Origin: Haliotis rufescens
Lineage: Eukaryota
Length of the DNA stretch: 64,000 nt
Assembly (NCBI RefSeq): GCF_023055435.1
Contig: NW_025964383.1
Location: 44,206,001-44,270,000 of the forward strand
Direction of reading: 5' to 3'
Numbering within the stretch: position 1 is the first letter of the stretch; every line of letters begins with the position of its first letter. Under the pieces are notes generated by a model. The model saw nothing but the letters and a program-made list of their open reading frames with translations. It had not been told where the DNA came from and did not search any database. The position numbers and the translations under genes are program-made. Below are positions 25,401-37,300 of this stretch, piece by piece.

Positions 25401-28400
25401 AATGTGTCATCCTACCGGGTACCCATTCACTGCTGGATGAACAGAAGCACATGTTGAACAAAGTCTCTTACCTAAGGAGACACACTGACAGTTACGTGGA
25501 CAGACTGTATGACTTACCAGCAGGAAGTTGGGTCTGAGGAATGCATCATGGGATACCAGCAGAAGTCATAGATGAGTTCCGATTCTTTCATCTTCAGGGC
25601 TGGAACCTGGGCAGAAAGAACAACTTGTTTCAGCCATTCTTTGATTGGTTCTTTGTTGTTTAACGCCACAATCAGCAATATTCCAATTATATTAAAGAAA
25701 TGGGTGTTTTAAACTTTTTTGAGTAGTATACCGTAAATCCGGACAGTTTTGTGAGCAGGAAAGTACTGTGAAAACTGCGAGTGACACACACACCCAATAG
25801 TTTCATGACACAGTTATTATTGCAGACCAACAACAAACAAGAGACATCAGGAGGCGTATTTATTGAATTCACTTCAACAAGTTGTCAAACCAGCCAGTAC
25901 ATGATTAAACAAATACTCCCTCACATCCTGTGTTTCCCTAATGACACGTAGCCACCTCGCGTCCAGTCTTATAGTCAAAGTTCCCTGACCTGCCACATCT
26001 CCTCAAGTTGCTGACATGACACCTACTAATCCAGACATACACCGGCCAGGCTATTCTGTTAGATAAACACGCTACTCCGACCCCAATGTCAACTACAACA
26101 ACACACGCATCTATAATGCCAATCAAATATATAAGTAATGCCCATCCAATAATTGACATGCATCTATAGTTAAAAATCATTGACAGATGCTGAGTCACCA
26201 TTTCATCATGCCGCTTCCTGCTAATTAAATATAACACCTGCCTTAAGTAGCTTTGATATTTGGTAGTCTTTTCCAAATTCCAAATTTCTCAAAATTAAAA
26301 AAAGCAACCCTAACCCCCCCCAGGTGGCCTCACCTTTTGGACACACCCTCCTTGGCTATCTCACTAAATGGCCAGGCGGGCCTGTGTGCGAAACATGCAT
26401 AATGTCGGAAAGCGCCCATGAAACAATGTTAAATTTCCAATAGTAAGAAGTGAGGAAGTTCTAGATTTACAGCATACAGGTGACTCACCATGTCCTCGGG
26501 AATATCCTGGACATCGGTGTACACGCCCTCTGGAAGGTTGAAGAGACGGAGGATGTTGTCGTTGGAGTTGGTCAGGATGCAGGCACCATCAGGGGACCTG
26601 GGCATGTGATACACAAGCGAACGTCTCAGTTTGGACAAGATTCTTGTAATTACTAACTGTTTAACATCCAGCATGTAGACTGGAGATGTGTTTGTTTGTT
26701 GTTTAACACCACACTCAGCAATATTCCAGCTATTTGACGACAGCCTGTGAATAATCCTGTGATTCAACACAATTTGACGTTCATAGGTTTTTCACGAGAC
26801 CTTGTTCTTGAAATGATGTAAACACTGACATTCCTGGGGAATCCCCTGAGAATTCCCTAGCATGAATACATACAGAAGCGTTCTTTCTGATCATTTAGAC
26901 CCTTTAATCTAGCATACATTGAGGAACGTCAGAGAGTTTGACAGCATGATTATTGTCGAATGTCCTCGCTATGACCCATCCTAGTGAACAAAACGAAGAA
27001 ATGCACATCCAAACTATCGTAGTATCAACTCGTTCATACAGTTTGGCCCTCACTCTATGAAGGTTCATACTCCAATGAAGTTAATTCTTAATTGCAAGTC
27101 TTTGGCGTAGAAAGAATGTAAGGCTGTTTGTAAAACTACATTGTTTATGTAGATTGCATGTCAACATGTCAGTGACGTTTCCAGGCTCATAAGCGGCGGT
27201 CGGGTAGCCTAGTGGTTAAAGCGTTCACTTGTTACCCGAAGACCCGGGTTCGAATCCCATCATGGGTACAATGTGTAAGGCCCATTTCTGGTGTCGCCCG
27301 CCGTGATATTGCTGGAATATTGCTAAAAGTGGCGTAAACCATACTCATTCACTCACTCCAGTCTCATAAGAAATATATATTTAAAGTATCAGTGTTTGAT
27401 TATCTTCAATCTACCATTGTAATCCCCACAATAAGGCTTCTAAATTCGTGATAAATTCTGAGCATCAGTTAATTTTTCGGAAATCATGTGAAGCATGCCT
27501 TAAGTCATCACTACGGGACCCCCATGTACTTGCCTTGGACCCCCAAACAATACTCCTGAGAGTCCATGGAAATAGAGACACCCTGGTAAATCCCCATCTT
27601 ACACATCAACCTGTGCCAATCTCGTTTCCTTCGACTTTGGTAGTGGACAAACCCCTCCACACAGACAGACAGACTGCTGCTGCCACTTCTTTAACCCATT
27701 GTGTTACCTGTTCCTAGTGTAAACCTAATTCTTTTATTTTTCATCGGCCTTGTGTGGTGATTTCCTGATTTCACAGTTTAGTTACATACAAACCAACTTC
27801 TGGGTTAACCTCTGTGTGTCCACTTGGAATTCACCTTGAAACAAGATACCAACTTACCACTTGCATCCCCGGAGGTAGTTCTCAGGCTGCTCAAACTGCC
27901 CCCAGCTTCCACACACCTGGTACGGAGTCGAGTCAAACACCAGGTCAGCTTCAGCACTGAAACACACAATCACTTAGTCGACAATCTTTACATGCTCAGG
28001 CCTAGAGCATCCACTCTCTCAGACAAGTCACCATCGCTCTATGATGTAAGATAATAAATGGATCATAGTTTGATCAGTTGTTAGCCAGAAAATCTTCATA
28101 GTAGGTGGGTAAAAAATTAAATTCTCTTGTACAAGTGCCACAACTACTGGAATAACTTGGTTTCAAAATAAGGCATGAAACTTCATGGGTCCTTGTCTTG
28201 ACGGTAATGTGGAAAAAAACATAATGGGGTGCCTACATTCAAATATTAAACAGCAAACCTCAAGGTTTTCTCTTACTTTCAAACAGCAAAGAATGAGTGA
28301 GTGAGTGAGTGAGTTGGGTTTAATGCCGCTTTTAACAGTATTCCAGTTATATCACGATGTGTCAGCTAAATGCAGGAGGAAAGCCCGAAGTGATGCAGCT

Positions 28401-30435
28401 ATCAGACTTTTACCACTTTGGTGAAACCCACAAGCACGGATATGGTGCTGACAAACCTAGAAACATAATCGGGTCGAACCGGGATTCAAACCCACAATCA
28501 TAGGTTTCTGGCAGCCTGAGATGACTGGGCCATCCCTGCCCCCTAAACAGCAAGAAGAGTATTGCACTGACCATTTGTTCCAAGAACAATGTAGACAATC
28601 CAACAATCTATGCCACCTCCTTGGGAACTGGTCATATACTGAAGGGTGGGTGGGCCAGTAGAGGATTGGTTGGCCTGTTTCAACGCCAACCCTCCCAACC
28701 TCACCCTCCAGGCTCTATCCCTACGATGCCAAGCCAAAAAAGATTCATTGTGCAAAGATAAGGTATTCACTGCATTTGGTGGCCTCAAAAGTGGCTTAAA
28801 CTGTTCCAATAAACTTATCTTCACTAGTAACCCTCTATGACTCTACCTTTCACTCGGGATGCTTGTAGCTTCCTTCTCAGCACAATCAAGGGGGATAACT
28901 CTGACATCCTCAGGTTTATCGTCTTGCCCATCAGGTTCCTCAGACTGCAGCTTTGCCCTCTTTGCTGATGGCACATCCTCGTGATCCACAGAATCTGACT
29001 TTTCTGGAATGTCTTCACTGACTGGCTTTCCAATCTGTTTAGAAGCTTCATGCTCGGATTGTTTTGTATTTCTCATAACTCTCGGCAAAAACATACTGGA
29101 TGCAAAGCCTTGAGATGAAGGAATAACACTTGGAGAATCTGATTTATCCAATGAGCTGTGTTCTGATGGAGCCTCCTGGTCCATAGCTGAAGGAGGCTCT
29201 TGTTCTATGATGGATGGAGTCTCCTGTGAATGTTCTACGCCAAAAGGCTGGGTTCCTTGTGGGACAGAGAAGGTCTCGACCTCTTTGGATGGATACGAAC
29301 CTCCGATTCCAAGCAAATCTTCTTCAGATGTATTGACTAACTTGGAAGGGTCCACTTTACCAGACAGGGTTATGTTGGATGATGTCTGGGATTCACATTT
29401 GGAAGAGTCTTGTGAGGGTAAGGCAGACAGTTCGTCCATCTTGTCTTGTTTGCTGACCACGTCATGTTCCTCAGGTTGACCTACAACTTCCTCACTCCCT
29501 AGAACAAACATAAAAAAGTCCATTCTCCTTGGGCATTGATAAGCAGGCAACTCTTTAGGATTAGCACTACATTGTTCGAGATTCTTCGTCAACTGTTGCT
29601 GGAACATATTCAGTTACAGTTTTTCCACCAATTCTACTTATTTAGACTGTTTATAATACACCAGAGTCCACTCACTAAGTGAATACTCATGGCGCTACAT
29701 TATTATTAGACCCATGAAGATCCGAGTAAAATAGGTCTTCAGCAACCCATGCTTGCTGTAAAAGGTGACTATGCTTGTCGTAAGAGGCGACTAACGGGAT
29801 CAGGTGATCAGGCTCGCTCGGTTGATGCATGTCATCATATCCCAATTGCGTGGATCGATGATCATGATGTCAATCACCGGATTGTCTGGTCCAGGTTTGA
29901 TTATTTAGAGACCGCCGTCATATAGCTGGAATATTGCGAGTCCGGCGTTAAACAACAAACAAACAAACATTACTATTAATCAAGTCTTTGGATCAGTGTG
30001 CATTTCAATTTTATTCTTAGCTTCCTAGGGGTATACAAACCAATTGAAGCTGCCTACAAGGTGCAAGAAGGTCACAGTCACATTACTAATCATCCTACTG
30101 GGTACCCATTCACTGCTGGGTGAACATAGACATTATTTTGAACAAAGTCACTTGCCTAAGGAGACACCTCATGGAAAATGCACACATTAGTTTTTTGCAT
30201 TGGTTTGGTTAATGTAGGACCCACCTTTTGGGGTGTGTTGTACATCTGGGGACTTCATCTCGACAGCATCCCCAGGTGTGGACCTGTTGTTGCCCTCTGA
30301 CAGGGCTTGGTCAATGCCCTCCATCAGTTGCTGGGAGTTGAGTTCTGGTTGGGACTGACCTGTACTTGATTTCACTATGTCGTCTATGTCACATATCAGG
30401 GCTTGTGTGCTGGGCTGACTACTTTCCTCAGACAT
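19489..30435 (-). CDS. WRAP53: Telomerase Cajal body protein 1 / WD repeat-containing antisense to TP53 (WDR79), about 675 aa
   Basis: Minus-strand coding exons 30435-30225, 29498-28847, 27956-27858, 26597-26489, 25606-25518, 25003-24913, 23512-23380, 23263-23174, 22702-22584, 21415-21312, 20852-20700, 19666-19489. All GT-AG with consistent phases, total 2028 nt. Diagnostic motifs: [112 protein letters not shown]. Minus-strand AATAAA at 19455-19460. Confidence 0.95.
19678..20160. repeat. Degenerate GGTAACAC/AATATTGTCAC tandem repeat in the last WRAP53 intron
   Basis: Direct inspection. Confidence 0.8.
21646..21815 (+). mobile_element. SINE family 1 copy nested in an older SINE within a WRAP53 intron
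   Basis: Same head and body as the 53249 copy. TSD ACTCTATATTCCA at 21631-21643 and 21813-21825. Confidence 0.85.
23514..24610. repeat. About 35-bp minisatellite (ACAGGTCATATGGAGGTGAAGGTCATACAGAACAT) in a WRAP53 intron
   Basis: About 30 units beginning directly at the exon acceptor. Confidence 0.95.
27194..27358 (+). mobile_element. SINE family 1 copy
   Basis: Full head, body and tail with near-perfect TSD CCAG(G/T)CTCATAAG. Further copies at about 900-1028(-), 2228-2368, 6130-6297(-), 11533-11698, 15373-15533(-), 21983-22128(-), 37573-37783, 41316-41472. Confidence 0.85.
29709..29968 (+). mobile_element. SINE-like family 2 (about 260 bp, GACCCGTGAAGATCCG start, GTCGTAAGAGGCGACTAA core, (CAAA)n tail)
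   Basis: TSD-like ACATTA(T/C)TATTA. Its 3' tail GCTGGAATATTGCT..GGCGTTAAAC is shared with family 1. Other copies at 7563-7881(-), 14727-14968(-), 15607-15827, 16975-17165, 18380-18615(-), 19003-19220, 36816-37066(-), 40134-40396, 45971-46185. Confidence 0.85.
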
Positions 30436-31084
30436 GACACTGGGTCTCAATGCTGTCTTCAGGCATTACAAACGGATCCTGTGGGTGTCTTCTTGTGGTT
30501 AAATTCCTGAAAACAAAGTGAATAAGTTTCAGCATGTCCTGTTAGTGAGTGAATGTTCTCAGTGTCTTAGACTGCAATATTCAAGCAGTGGACATATATC
30601 AGTATATGGTCTCTGATTCAAGGAATATTATCACGGCCTGTAAAATTGTCAAGTCTGGTAAAAACAAACTAGTGATTGACAGCATGAGGTACGACCCATG
30701 CACATTTCCAGTGTGAAAAGTAGACCAAGTTTAACATAGACCTTTGATTAAGATCGACTGAGCTGTAGGCTATGTGACACACACAGTTTTACGTAGCCGA
30801 GAGACGCAATGGGGTCCTACAGTCAAGACATGACCCTGTCTTTAACTGTAGGACCCCATCGCGGCTCTCGCCTAAGTTGTACCTATAATGACACCTAGGT
30901 AATTCTCACAATGGGCCACAATCAGCAATATCCCAGCAACATCACCGTGGTCCGTAAATAACCGACTTTGGGCCACGCTAACCAGTGGTTGACAGCATGA
31001 GGAACGATCAATCAATGATATTTAGAGAATGATAGCTGACCACTTCACAAATTGTTAACACCTGGCAGCTTTGTAGTCACTCAC

Positions 31085-31309
31085 AATCTTCTATTTGTAA
31101 TGCATTTATCGGTAAACTATTTCAAAACATGTTGACAGCACAATCTTTGTAGATTACATCCAATTTCCGCCGATAACGTTTTTCCTAAATTGTTTCAAGT
31201 ATGCCTCCGCGCAAAAGGCACGTTGTTTACAATTTTCACAGAGTTACGTCCCTTACCACATTTTAACCAATCAACGTACAGTATGTCCTGCTCATGCTGA
31301 ACTGTTATC
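31085..31309. promoter_or_regulatory. Putative bidirectional promoter of WRAP53 (-) and PELP1 (+)
   Basis: The divergent genes have ATGs 875 bp apart. A WRAP53 acceptor at 30507 upstream of its ATG requires a non-coding first exon, with a candidate minus-strand donor GTGAGT at 31079-31084. CCAAT at 31267-31271. E2F-like TTTCCGCC (31164) and CCGCGCAAAA (31207). Confidence 0.6.
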
Positions 31310-34300
31310 ATGGCGGATTACAGGGACAACGTGGTTTCTGGAATCCTAACATTTACTAAAGAAGATGGAAATTCTTCATTGGATTCGCATAACATGTTGA
31401 CAGTAATAGACCATCACCAACTGTTTGGAATTCAGGTAGTGGAAATGTAATTTCCATCTGTGTTTACATTGAATTACCAATGTCTGCACTTTCTGCTTAT
31501 ATCAGTATATCTTGTCATTACTGATGAGTGATGACAGTTGTAATTACGTTTTTAAGATCTTTCTAGTTTTTGTCGTACGTTGTCATTGTTGTTCATCATG
31601 CTTATACGCTGAATTACACGTACCCAAATCCACGATCAGATATGACTGACACTTTGTTGGCTGGCTGAACTGTTGTGGCGTCGCACCCTAGAGCCGGCAG
31701 AGGATAGCCTCGTCTATGATTTTTTTTGCGTCATTTTTTATTTTTATTGTTATAATTAGTTACATGGTCCTGTGCTGAGAGCCGCGATGGGGTCCTACAG
31801 ACACATGACCCTACATTTGCCACTGAAAAGTTGATATCGGTGTACTCTCAGATAATTTCCTTATCTGACTCTGTACACATACTTGTCATAATTTAATTAC
31901 CACAACTTGGGGTAATGACCAGTAACCTGTTCACTTCATGTTTCAACAATAGTGAGCTAACATGTTGACATGGTGTATGCATTCACTAGATTTCTAAAGT
32001 CTGGTTCTGCATGGGTTTTCTACAAGCTGCAATGTGCATGTAATTTACTAGTCTCTGTTAGCGGAAAACATGTTGTTTAGTGCGCAGTGAAACTTTAGGC
32101 CAAATTAGGGCTCCCCTTACTGATTTCATCATATATCAAGAACAAAAATAAATTTGGGCTTGTGGTTATAAGTTTGCGCACATGAAACATTCTTGAGTAC
32201 TTACGGCCTGTGAAGATGGTAATGTAAATGTTTGGGATTTCTTAAAGGTGATGAGATATGTATGAGTTTCTTTCGTTGTTTCAGAAAGCGTCCTACCTGC
32301 AGGACACTATTGGCCACATACACAGCTGTTTAAACACAGCAGCCAGCAGGTGAGGTTTACTCGGAGAAAGGCTGCCTCCATGGTCTTGGACATCTTACTA
32401 TGTCTACTTTTCTGAGGTGTAATAATCATAATAATAATAATAAAAACCCTGGCATTTGTCCAGACTGGTACAAGGAGACATGCACACATGCATGCACATC
32501 ACTATACAAGTGCAATAATTTTGAACATGATGTTAACCCCATTTCACCTTACCTTGCATGGAGCATTGTTAATCAAACTAAGTTGTCCTGAAATATATGT
32601 TTCCATTTGACTTTGATCCAAATTTGTGTCTGAATCACAAAATAGGTTCTTGTGTAACATATTACATGGGCATTTGTGTGATCTAAGGCACCACAACTCA
32701 CTGCAGAGTTGTCTCCCTTAATCATACCAGCATCTGCTGAATCCCAGGTGCATCCTGTTGTGATTCTTGGTTGTTCAGCTTCATATCCATGTTCAGGGGC
32801 TAACAAGAATGGTAAACGTCTGCTCGATTATTTACAGACCGCCGTCATGTATCTTGAATATTGCTGTGTGTTCACTACAAAATGTCAAGCAACAAGCACA
32901 AACACCCATGATATGTTGAAATGTCAACTCTGTCAATGTTTTTATTTATGATGGATGACACACTGAACAGAAAAGTTAGGGATCATGAATATTTTTGGGA
33001 TATTTTTTATGAAATTGTGTGCTCAGTCTTCTCTACAAAATCATATCCCCAAAATGTTTCATGATCCCTAACTTGTTTTGCTCAGTATGTATAATTATTT
33101 GTGACAGTCCTTGATGAGAGGTTGCTGTGACATGTAAGGTCTGCTTTGTTATCAGTCACATTGCCATGATCTGGCAAGTCAGTGAGGAGGAAAACTTATG
33201 ATGCTCTGTGGGAGTTTGTGAGTTGAAATATAACTCTGACCTTCCTGGCCCTATGGGTAATTAAGGCATGTTTAATATGGACTGAATACATGTGGTAATT
33301 TTGGCACCAGACATGACGGCCTGGTGCTACTGGAGAGAATGGTCGCACAGTGTTCTACAGAAGTATTTACTGCAAACGTCAACACCTGGTTCAAGCTTCT
33401 GTTGCAAGTTTTACAGGTAATGAACACTTTGGCTCATTTCTGGTCAAATATATCAGTAATATTTATGTTACATGGAAATGTTATAAGTCCATTATAATGT
33501 GCCAAATTCCATTCAACGAGTGAATTGCTCAATGCTATTATTATCACCATGGGCATGGATGAGCGTGATCAGCGTGCACTTGATTTTCATTCTCAACTCC
33601 CTGGGGAGTATACAATCCAAGCTGCCTTTGAGGCATTAGAAGGCTAACAGTCACATTACTGCATCATCCTGGATCAATGCTCGTGATGTCAATCACTGGA
33701 TTGTCTGGTCCAGACTCGATTATTTACAGACCGCTGTCATATTGCTGGAATATTGCTGAGTGCAGCATTAAACAACAAACAAACAAACTACTGTATCATC
33801 CTACCGGGTACCCATTTACTGCTGGTTGAACAGAGGCATATTTTGAGTAAGATCGTTTGCCAAAGGAGACACCACATGTGCTTCAGTGTGGGATAACACC
33901 AAAATTCTCTTGTGATCCAACTACGCTCTACGTCCAGCGTTGCCTAACCTCACCTGATCTGTGACCTGTGTGTCATGAGAAGGGGGCGAGTAACGGGTTC
34001 GGGTGGTCAGGCTCACTGATTTGGTTGATGCATGTCATTGTATCCAAATGGCGTTGATCGATGCTCATGACTCCATCATTTGCAGACCGCTATCATATTG
34101 CTGGAAAATTGCTGAATGCGGCTTTAAACAAAAATCAAACAAACCCGTCTGTTGAAGCAGTGTCTGAAATATCTGCCTGCCTGTCCTTTCTGGAAACCTT
34201 TCTGTCGGGCTGCATGAAATTTTCCTCCACCTGTCTGACTGTCTGGGAGATAATTTTACGACTACTTCAGTGCTAGAAATTGGCACTAGTCCTATAGTCC

Positions 34301-37300
34301 TTGCCAAACTGCCCAATAGTTAAGGTATCACAAGGACTAGTAGAAATGTGTCATCATTATAAGGACTAGTGGACTAAAACTGTTAGTTTCTACTGCTGTA
34401 CTTTCCATGTGTACATATTGAGTTTCATTATAACTTTTTGTAGATTCTCAAATGAATGTTTGCATCATTAAAACTGAATCAAGACGTAATTGGTCTTTGA
34501 TATTTTGCGATTTTTCAATATTTATAATGCCTGAATGCGGGCAGGTAACTTGAAGATGTATATATTATATTGATATATTGGTATCGTGATGTACGATGGC
34601 TTATCTATCCGTTACAATCCTTTAATCACCTTCAGTCCCACGGTGATGTGACAGAGAAGCAGCAATCTTGTCAGATCATGGCGGAAATGATCGCCACATC
34701 AAGCAGCTTCCCCGAGATAACCCGTGAGATATCGGCATCCATCATCCCCAAACTGCTGCCTCCACTCCTGGCAGCAACATCTGCTGTAAGTTTTTGTCTA
34801 GCAAGATGTAACCATGGTAACTGCTACATAAAATATCACTGTATGATTATATTATATGCAGGGTTGAGAATCTTCCGCGAATTTTAGTGATCACAAACTT
34901 AGTAAAATCTGAAAAGGAAAATATCCATTCTCATCCCTCTATATGTGTTTTTCATAATTGTTAATAATTAATAATTTAATAATTTGTAAAATGTATATGG
35001 ACTGGTAACACAAAGATCATGGGTTGGAATCTGGTTTGCCCTAATTATGTTTCTAGGTTTTTTTAGCACCATACCTGTGGTCGTGGGTTTCACCAAAGTG
35101 ATAGATATATAAGACATGCACCACTTCAGGCTTTCCTCGCACATCAAGCTGACATGATATTGGTGTTAAACCATCTCACTACCTCCTCTTGTTCCAGTGG
35201 CTGGAGGCGGCAACTCGGTGCATCGCTTCGTGTGTCTCCTACTTCCCCGGACCCTGCAGGGTGTTCAGAGTAAGCTGCATCCAAGTCTGTGAGAACTTGA
35301 CTTACGTATACAGCGAACAGGCTGATGGAGTTAGACCCTTCAATCACAGGGAGTGTTTGTTATTACAATGATAATGATAATAATATACATGTGTGCATAA
35401 TACACACATACAATGAGCTTCGATTTTATTTCACTACGCGAAAATGTTATCGTGAGCACGTAATGCCGGAAGTAGCATGTCAACAAATCTCTACTGAAGT
35501 ATGCAAGTTTGTCCTGTTATTACACTACCTGGTGATGAAAGTGTTCAGTGTGTATCTGGACTTATGCTTGTTATCCATTATATTACAAGGTTCTTTCGTC
35601 CAAGATTTCATCCAAGTTTGTTTACATTAATTTCATTGAAATCATGAACTGATTGGCAAATCACATCAACTCACCATGAGTGAGCATAACTTGAAAACCG
35701 TGAAAAACTTTTCATCCAAACCTGGTACATGTATTCCACAAGGGCTGAAGTGGTTGGTGTCTTTTGCTATTTTGGAATTTTCAAAATTTGTTTTTCCCTG
35801 TTTCCATGGAAACAAGTTAGACTTAGTTAAAACAGAGGTAGGTGTTGTATTCCGGGGCAGAACTAAAAACATTATTCAATATTTTTCATCCAAATTTGGT
35901 TCATGTATTAATCAGGGGTTGTGCTGGTGCCTTTGCAACTTAGGGATTTTTTTTAATGTTTAAATTTTATTTCCATGGCAATAAGTTTGAATTTTGACTC
36001 ATTTCTTAGTAGTGTGTACCTGACATAGAAATTCAGAGTTCCGAATCCCTATTCTATGGTATTTTTTTTGATAGCACAATAATTACTCTTGTATAAGGAC
36101 AGACAGATTAGATTGAAATTCATTCATCAGGTTGGATTTAAAGTACCAGACAGATGATTTGTTCTTTTTCGTATTTGTGAGGGCATCTTCTGATGAATGT
36201 TTTGTTTAAAATGGAAATAAAAACAAAACTTGCTGCAGACTTTATGATGATGCGGTGGTGCCTGAGAACCAAGACAATTTTCCTTTTTTAGCCTTATATT
36301 TATATCTGTTATTTAATCAATATCAGGGTCCAAAAGTAATGTAAGTCCACTAGTCCGAGCCAAGTAAAACTCAGAAAGTCACAGTTACTTGTCGACTACC
36401 ACATAGGTAGATGGTAACATTGAACAATTCTTTAGCTGTTAATAATAAACAAGTAACTTTTGAATGCATCATGCATTCATGACTAACAATTTCTTCAGGA
36501 AGCATGTTGTTTGTTCCTCTAGTTGAAGATAGAGTCCATGTTGCTGCGTCAGCTAGATCGGCCGAGTCCCAGCAATGCTGGCGTCCGGTGTCTGGCTCTC
36601 CTGGCTCGACTAGGACCCAGTCAGGGGGCCAGACAGATTGATGGATGGACGGAGATGTGTCAACGCCTCCTGTCTTCTCTCAATCACTGCCTGTCCTGTC
36701 TCTATCAGGGCCTGGAAACAGGTACAGTTTGACTTCACACACTCTTCTTGTCATTTATTACATGACGGATCCCACCGACTCTTCATCTTCTATTTGCTTA
36801 TTTGAACATATTTCCGTTTGTTTGTTGTTTTAACGCCACATTCACCAATATTCCAGCTATATAATGTCAGTCTGTAAATAGTCGAATCTGGACCTACAAT
36901 CCAGTGATTGACATCATGAGCATCGATCCACACAATTGGGATACAATGACATGCATCGACCAAGTCAGCGAGCCTGACCAACTGATCCCGTTAGTCGCCT
37001 CTTACGACAAGCATTGTCCCCTTATGGGTTGCTGAAGACCTATTTTACCCCGGATCTTCACGGGTCGAACATATCCCCATAACGAACCGGGTTAGAATTG
37101 CTTGTGTTAATTGTTAAATGTGTATTGGATAGTTAAGGTTTGCTCCTTGTTAACCTGATGCTGTGAAGATTCGGAGTAAAATTGGTCTTCAGCAACTCAT
37201 GCTTGTAAGAGGCGACTAACAGGATCGGGTGGTCAGTCTCGTTAACTTGTTGATGTATGTCATCGTATCCTAAATGCGTTGATCCATTCTCATGATGTCA

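Noticed and set aside
36190-36266. Possible C/D snoRNA (TGATGA...GGTGGTGCCTGA); similar candidate at 31528-31612
   Set aside because: Only about 9 nt or less of possible rRNA complementarity and no clear terminal stem. Not supportable without a search.
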